A stretch of DNA of 64,000 bases from Chrysomallon squamiferum (taxonomy: Eukaryota > Animalia > Mollusca): the NCBI GenBank assembly GCA_012295275.1, contig CM022667.1:12772001-12836000 (forward strand). Reading direction: 5' to 3'. Made by a program: the position numbers and the translations under genes. This document shows positions 56,872 through 64,000 of this stretch, in pieces (within the stretch, counting starts at the first letter, position 1; every line of letters begins with the position of its first letter). The notes under the pieces were generated by a model that was not told the DNA's origin, did not search any database, and saw only the letters and a program-made list of their open reading frames with translations.

Positions 56872-58907
56872 TATGTAGAAATAAAATATTAAAAAATTAA
56901 TGATACTGGTCATTCAGTTAGACAGAAAGTTTTTGAGGGAGGCGTTCAGTTTTTATTATTTTATTTTATTTTATTTTATTTATTATTTTTGCTTTGTGGA
57001 GTTTTTTATTTCCTTTGACACAAATTATGTGATCATTTATTTATTGTTATTTTTTTCTTCTTCTTTTCCGATAATATTTATTATCATAATAGTAATAAAT
57101 AAATTCCTTTCAGGTAACACATGCAACGAAGGAGTTATATCAAAACTGATAATGGATGAGAGTTCACCGACTACGTCATCAGGAACATCAGGTACACGTT
57201 CATCAGCAACACCAAATGCAACAATACATTCGTCAACTTGGATGACAAGTCCAACAACAAGATCGCCAACAACCAGTTCAGCAGCTACGACAGCAACCAG
57301 TCCAACAACTACAAGAACGAAATCAGGAATACTATCAACAATATGTACAGTGTTTTTAACATTTTATTTATTTAGTTTTTCTTTTGTTGTTGAAATTTTA
57401 TCATCATCATCATCATCAAACCAATCATTATTTTATTATTAATATAATTTATATCATACTGACTCACTCACTCAATCACTAATTGATTGATTGATTGATT
57501 TTTTTGGTTTGTACAGATGATTGTAGCAGACCACATGTATGTCACAGCTGTACGAGCCATGAGCAGAATGGACGATGTAGAGCCAATGGTCGTTTGCTTG
57601 ATACAATAATGTTTCGACTAACTGAACGATGCTCAGCGCCGTGCTATGCCGAAGTCAGAGGGACTGATCGAAACTGTAATATTATAATAATAATAATAAT
57701 AAACAACTTACATTTTACAGTATACCCTCACCTGTTCGTGGTTCCCCATTCGCGGCCCCGCATATTCGCGGGTTAGGCTCTTAACCCTATCGCATCGTAT
57801 GCTGGTATACCAGGCGAGCGTCATAACGTCATAAAAACAAATGCTCGGTAAAGCGCACAAACAATATCAAATTTTTTCAATTATTATTGCAATACAGTAC
57901 GTATTTTTTTATAAATGCATACACTGTATGTACAGTGCATATTTTTTGTGACCGTATATTAATAATGTTTTTAATTGCATATTATTACTGAATTGTATTA
58001 TTATTACCTGAACTGTGCGTACTGTATTTATCTGTCTGTTTGCCTTTAAATTTATTTCACTTTCTGTCAATTCTAATACATATGTTGTACGCATAGAAAA
58101 TGACTTTACGGTACAGTAATACAGTATGGGTAACTATGCTATGCGGTGTTACTGTCCTCCTGTACTTACGTTTCTTTCTGATTAAAATATTGTTTCAGTA
58201 CAAAATTAAAATGTGTTTACATTATCATTACTATATTAATGAAATACATAACTGCATGCAATATTACTACATTATTACTGTATTAATGAGTAAGAGTGTC
58301 TTTAGAAAGTGTTTGGGAAGCATTTAGTACCGTATATAATCTCATAATAGACGTTTTAAAACTGCATCCAATATTCGCGGTTTTTCGCTATTCGCGTGGG
58401 GGTAAAGAACGTAACCCCCGCGAATAGCGAGGGAATACTGTATATATATATATATATATATATATCTTTATGCTTACCTATCTTCCTACATATATACGTT
58501 TATGTAGCTTTACGTGTTAAATGGTATGTACATTTGTACGTACGTATATATGTGTGTGTATATAATATATATATATGAATGTGTGTGCGTGTTTTTCTGT
58601 GAGTGTATGTAGTAAGCATTTGTATGTATGTAGGTGTGGGTGTGTGTTAAAACAGATGATAAAGTTTTAATTTTGCTGATTATTTTCATTATTACTGGAT
58701 TCTTCTTTGTCTTTGTTCTTTAAAGATGTACACAGAGGGTGTCTTAAGTCACGATACGGTATTTTTCACGGTCATGTGTATCTAGAAAAACCTGGATGTT
58801 TCAAAACGGGAGCACGCTACAGCACCTACTGCTTCTGCTGTGGCAATCTGTGCAACACTCAGGATATGACCAAATACGGCGGAAGAGACAGTGTGTATTA
58901 TGGTTAA
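55583..58907 (+). CDS. Uncharacterised type II membrane protein, 284 aa: Tyr-motif tail, TM, mucin stalk, Ly6/uPAR (three-finger/Quiver-like) domain; exons 55583-55741, 56374-56497, 57114-57344, 57517-57675, 58726-58907
   Basis: ATG in caccATG context; five GT-AG exons join in phase (0,1,1,1) to 855 nt with no internal stop. WKRF precedes the hydrophobic stretch CVGVLLCFAIATVVTISVLVTLYV; S/T/P-rich exon; Cys pattern CHSC..C..CSAPCY..HRGC..GC..YCFCCGNLCN. The stalk-exon donor (gtacag) is the weakest site. A 5'UTR exon donor at 54835 is conserved in copy 2. Confidence 0.82.
56789..56868. repeat. (AG)n microsatellite
   Basis: About 39 perfect AG units. Confidence 0.95.
57718..58440. mobile_element. 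Tc1/mariner-superfamily (pogo/Tigger-like) MITE, 723 bp, in the intron splitting the three-finger domain
   Basis: TA | CAGTATACCCTCACCTGTTCGTGG ... CCGCGAATAGCGAGGGAATACTG | TA: imperfect 23-24-bp TIRs, TA target duplication, subterminal (T)ATTCGCG repeats, CpG-rich, no ORF. Confidence 0.88.
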
Positions 58908-61900
58908 CAATAATGAGCTATACATTATATAAGACAATTAGTATAATGTATTTAAGAATATTTACTTTACAATGACAGCATTGATTGTGATTTATATTTT
59001 TAATTTCTTTAAAAAAAAGTATCGAATTTATATTTTTAATTTCTTTAAAAAATTAAAACATTATTTTTTTTATTTTGTATCTTTGTTCCCATTTGAATGC
59101 AATTATTGGAGGTTTCACAGTACTTAATCCGGCATTCTCTGTACAATGCTAATATTTTCTTTGATTACTTCAAAACAGTTGAAAGATATTTCATTAACTC
59201 TACTTTTTCACTTTTACAAACTAAAGAGTAAACAAATATTCACTACGCCTGATTATTACATTGATGTTTGTCAAGCGACTAACAGCCAACATTCAAGTCA
59301 AACTTGCTTGGAAAAAATAAAATTTAGCGAATGATAAAACGAGTATGTCAGTGTTTTCTCCGCACGCATTTTCTTCCCGTTCTAACTTGCAATAAGTATT
59401 ACTGACGACAACTGTTCTGTGCGGAACAAACATTCACAGACAAGAAGAACAAACACTGCAATGACAAAAATGCAAAAGATTTACTGCCAGTTTGTTGTCA
59501 CTGTTTGACAAAGATTAATTATTCAGTGTCATTAACCAGAGTTTAAATCAGAAAACATAGATAAACGAGTACAGCTTAAAAAGAATGCACTGCAAAAAAA
59601 GGTTTCTTCTTCTTCTTCTTCTTATTATTATCATTATTATCATTATTTTAATTAATTTATTTATTTATTAATTTATTTTAACAATCTGTTATCTTTATAG
59701 ACTGGGTTATCTTTATATTCCACTAGAACAGAAACGGCTTCCCATGTCGATTATAACATATTTACAGATAGTTCTAGAGACTGTTGTAGTTGCACCTTAG
59801 TTTGTTTTGTTTTACATTTAATATTAAAATAATTAATACATTATATAAATTGAGATCCTGAAACATAATTAAATAGTGATAAATAAATTATAAAGAGTAC
59901 CTGTACAATACGAACAGATTTTGTCAAATATATATATCCATATATCTATTCACGCCTTTGTTTATTATTGAATATTAACTAAGAATGACATTTCACAGTC
60001 ACAAGTAATAATGGTATCAAGAGTATTCTCATATAAATTGTCGTTTATTTCCACCTTTCTTTAAACAGAAACCAAAATATCATCACTTGGAGCTTGATAA
60101 TTCATTATGTCAGTCAAACGTTAACGTTATGCCGGGTAACTTATAAACTTGATTAAAATATTATATTTATAAAGTATGTGAAACAGTGTGACTGTCTGAG
60201 CGACTTACTCCCAGTCTGGAAGTGAAACAAAAAATATTCAGCTTAAATACAGTTAACTGTCATCAGTGTCTTAACATACATATGTCAGAGTAGAAAATCC
60301 TAATTCAAGTAAGCATTCTAATGAATTGAAATCAAAACGGCAGTCAAAAATGAAACTAGCTAGCCATCAGCCATTAAAAGAACATCGGAAGAATAAATGG
60401 AAATATAAATAAATAATTAATTTTATTCTGTGCATTATTATAACATATTTGATTTACAAATCGAAAACAATGAAAATAATTTTTAATTTAAAAAAGGTAA
60501 ATAAATAAATAAATAAGCTGTAGCTACTTCACTATCTTCGTGCGAAAATGTATCAAAGAACAACAGTTCCACAGGACGCTCTACCAACGCGTCCGCCATA
60601 GCTAAATGTTTCTCGTAATTTCCTTCTTTGAACACGAGCCTCCAGCGCGCTTGTCTCGTTTAGACGGGATTCTACTACGGATCAAATCCACCCCGTAAAC
60701 CAGGTTAAATAAAGAATTTTAACCAATTCAGTTCAACAACACAGGTAGTAATACCAGACTGATGTAAGTACATTGCTCAATGATGTTGTATAGCATAACT
60801 ACAGTGATTGTAGACGCAGATAATTAGAGACGAAACCCACTGTCGCCAAGCGCTGGACGCACAACTCTTTTTCAGTTAGCAGCAAGCGAACGCTTATAAT
60901 GACTACCCACATACAGGGAAGTACACACTACACTGCGGTGTGTCCGCTTGAGAAAATGAGTGACTTGCTCTTCGTTAGGAACTGATTGTACTTTCAGTTG
61001 TCCTTTGCCTGACTTATCTTTTTTCAAGGTGTAAAAAAACAAAACATTATCAATATGCCAACAAGATATACTATATGAAAACTTGTATTTTTTGACCATG
61101 ACTATATTTAATGTCAGTCGTTCTGTTTTAGACGTCAGTGAAATGAAATAACATTCATTTGAAACATACTTTGCCATGGCAGTCATTACAACTGTGTGTG
61201 TCACTAAAATAAACTGTGCCATGCAAAAGTTATGAATTTTGTTTATTTATTGATTATAACCGTATTTGAGAGATTCTTATTTATTTATTTAATTGTTTAT
61301 TTACGTACAACGTAAGTCGCGTTATTTCACTACTTGAAGAAAATATTTACCTTAGATTATTGCCTTTCAGGCTTCACTAATCATTTCGTCACAAAGCAAT
61401 TGCAAGAAAGAATGCATAGAAAATATTATCCAAAACAAAATCTTATACACACTACAGCACCCGCACAAAACACCGAAGATATTATGATAAAACATATATG
61501 CAAATGAAACATGATCTGAGCTTCCTAGTACAAAATATTACGTTGGGTATACGCAAAGAAAAGTACCCCGCATAATTCTGCTACTAACATTAGAAGAAGA
61601 CGTGGTGCTGAGTATTTGGAGAAAAGCACTTTTAGAGATCGTTTAGAGTTTAAATTGTAAGTTTCTATTTTTGTTTACAAAATTTGTACATTTTTCTCTA
61701 TTATTTTTTTGTAGAATAGATAGTATATCTTTTAGTTTATTCGTTGTTTTGTTTTGTATTTGTTTATTATTTTAATTTTGTTTCTTTTAATTATTCTAAT
61801 TGCTTTTTCTTTCTGTCTCATTATTTTCTTCTTTTTCTCATTACTTTCTGTACTGCTGTTTGTTATTGCTTCTTCGAGCTCTTTTTTTCTTCCATTTCTT

Positions 61901-62415
61901 CTTTCGTCATATCTGTTTTCTTTTTCATCATCTTTTTCTTTTTTTTGCTATCATTATTACTATTATTAGTAGAAGTAGTAGTATTATTAGTAGTAGTATT
62001 TATTTATTTATTTCCTTGCATTTTAGCGTACTCTTCCCAATTAATATATATTGAGAGTATTATCTGAAATCCTTATAACTGTCATTCATACTTACATAAA
62101 CTCAGATATACATAGATACATACGTTCATACATACATGTATAAACACATAAACATAAATATCCGTACACACACACACAAATATGTATTCATGCTCATAAA
62201 CATCTTTCGCACATAAACAGAGACACACATTCACATCAACATGCTTCTCAACATACATACCGAAAGAAAAAGCGCCATATTAATATGATACACGTGTATG
62301 CTTATTCATCATCATAATTATAAACGACCATGATTCTTGATATTATGATTTCTAGTGATCTTCATATTCAAAGTTATTGGTAATCTTTACAGATAACCTA
62401 AAAGCTTTTTTAACA

Positions 62416-63537
62416 ATGACATCGCATGACAATCCCTATACGCTAACAGACAGCCCAAAACAAGCTAACAACTGGATGAAGATCCTTATGCTGTTATTCT
62501 GGAGACGAACACTGAAATCAGAATAGGAAGAGACAGTGCTGTCATTTTGTTATAATGAGTAATGGAAGTACTAGAACAGTCTTACTTACTTTTCTACACA
62601 CACACACACACACATACACGCACGCACACGCACACACACACATATAAACACATTCTCTCTCTCTCTTTCTCTCTCTCTATCTATCTAAATCACTCTCTCT
62701 CTTTCTCTCTCTGTATCTATATATCTAAATATCTCTCTTTCGCTCTCTCTCTTCATTGATAACTAATACCTGTTTGCAGTAAGTCGTAATACTATAAGTA
62801 ATACATTTTTCGGAAAGGTTTTGTATGATTTTTCAAAATACTAACATGCAAAGTAAATAATGATTAGATAAATTTCATGTCTTAAAGAATTTTTTTCTAT
62901 TTTTCTATTTTTTATCTGACTAGTCAGCTACGTAGCGATTTAGACACAAATGCAGAGTTCTTATTTTTCCACCAAGCACCCAACCGTATCAAATCTGACA
63001 TGACAGAATAAAACCTTCCTGTGCTTTTCAACTTTTGTGCAGCTGCTAACTTCAGATATCGATACACTGCACGGTCACAGTAGTTGTCGTAAACAGATCC
63101 TAGCTACCTGGCTACCTACCTACACCCACATACACATTCTCATAAAGCTTCCAAAAGTCAAAATGTTTTCATATAACGCATTTGTTGCTAATTATTATTT
63201 TTTAAGCAGATATTACTGTTCAGTGGGTAAAATAATGTTCTGTTATGTAAAACGTTCTTTCGATTAAGCATATTTAGTTTTATTTATCATAGACCAATAG
63301 TAGCAAAATGAAACTTTTAGATAACAGAGTTTTTCATCTGTGTCTTATGTACGCTGATTAGACTCTCTACGGGAAAGGTACTGAACGACAAAGTCCAAAC
63401 ACGACCTCACAAACTTATGGCACAACAAACACGTACATCTATCTTTCTGTCTCTCTAGCTATCTACCTATCAGTCTATTTGTCTGTCTATCTATCTATCT
63501 ATCTATCTGTCTATCTGTATATCTGTCAATCTATCTA

Positions 63538-63572
<35 letters not shown>

Positions 63573-63847
63573 GTCTGTCTGTCTATCTATCAATCTATCT
63601 ATCTGTCTGTTTGTTTGTCTATCTATCTATCTGTCTATCTGTCTGTCTGTCTATCTATCTACCTATCTATCTATGTATTTATCTATTTATCTTTATATCT
63701 ATCTATTGCAGCCTGCTGAAACAGTTACAAGGAATCAGTGTAGCTGGTTTTCGTGGAAGCGTTTCTGTTTGGGTGTTCTTTTGTGTTTCGTCATCGGCTC
63801 CGCCACTACCACATGTGTATTCGTCACGTTGTACGTTAAACCAGAGA
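62416..63847 (+). pseudogene. Second copy of the type II three-finger gene (partial): disrupted tail exon about 62393-62563 and intact TM exon 63712-63847
   Basis: ATG 62416 MTSHDNPYTLTDS is homologous to copy 1, then shifts frame before DEDPYAVILETNTE (stop TAG 62524-62526); the second Tyr motif is deleted; the donor AAT|GTAAGT has become AAT|GGAAGT. The TM exon is open with intact AG/GT. The rest lies beyond the window. Confidence 0.7.
63437..63705. repeat. (CTAT/CTGT)n tetranucleotide tract
   Basis: Direct inspection; an expanded version of the shorter tract at about 56293-56370 in copy 1. Confidence 0.92.
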
Positions 63848-64000
63848 GTAAGTTAAGAGAAAACATCGTGAAGTGTTTGTGGGGTTATTTATTTGTCTTG
63901 TTTTTAATTATTACAATATGAATTTGGAGAGAAAAAAAAAAACTCCCAGAAATGTTATAAAGACTAAGTGAGAGGGTTGTTGGGTAAACAGACATCGTTA

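Larger units (their letters stand above)
53500..64000 (+). repeat. Tandem segmental duplication: copy 1 about 53500-60270, copy 2 about 60270 to the window end
   Basis: Colinear matches: aaactagctagccatcag (about 53584/60353), ctacttcactatcttcgtgcgaaaatgt (about 53747/60523), donor gtaagtttct (54835/61657), tail exon (55555/62393) and TM exon (56374/63712). Confidence 0.95.

Overview
AT-rich, microsatellite-dense, intron-containing eukaryotic DNA, probably molluscan (inferred from protein style and a decayed SINE). All gene models were spliced by hand from GT-AG sites and codon phase. In order: 3' end of a C8orf82/UPF0598 homologue (+); PIGM (-, 5 coding exons); head-to-head with it an ASTE1 gene with a single coding exon (+); a 12-exon SLC7 L-type amino-acid transporter light chain (+, 12-34.8 kb); a 14-exon copine (-, 42.7-51 kb); and from about 53.5 kb a roughly 7-kb tandem duplication. 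The complete first copy encodes a 284-aa type II membrane protein: acidic cytoplasmic tail with two YxxI motifs, signal anchor, mucin stalk, and a C-terminal Ly6/uPAR (three-finger)-like domain with no GPI signal. This inverted topology plus signalling-type tail is the best candidate for an undescribed system. The second copy has a damaged tail exon but an intact TM exon and is cut by the window end. PIGM, SLC7 exon 8 and probably copine exon 1 carry apparent T insertions, most likely assembly errors. Most short ORFs in the track are microsatellite noise.
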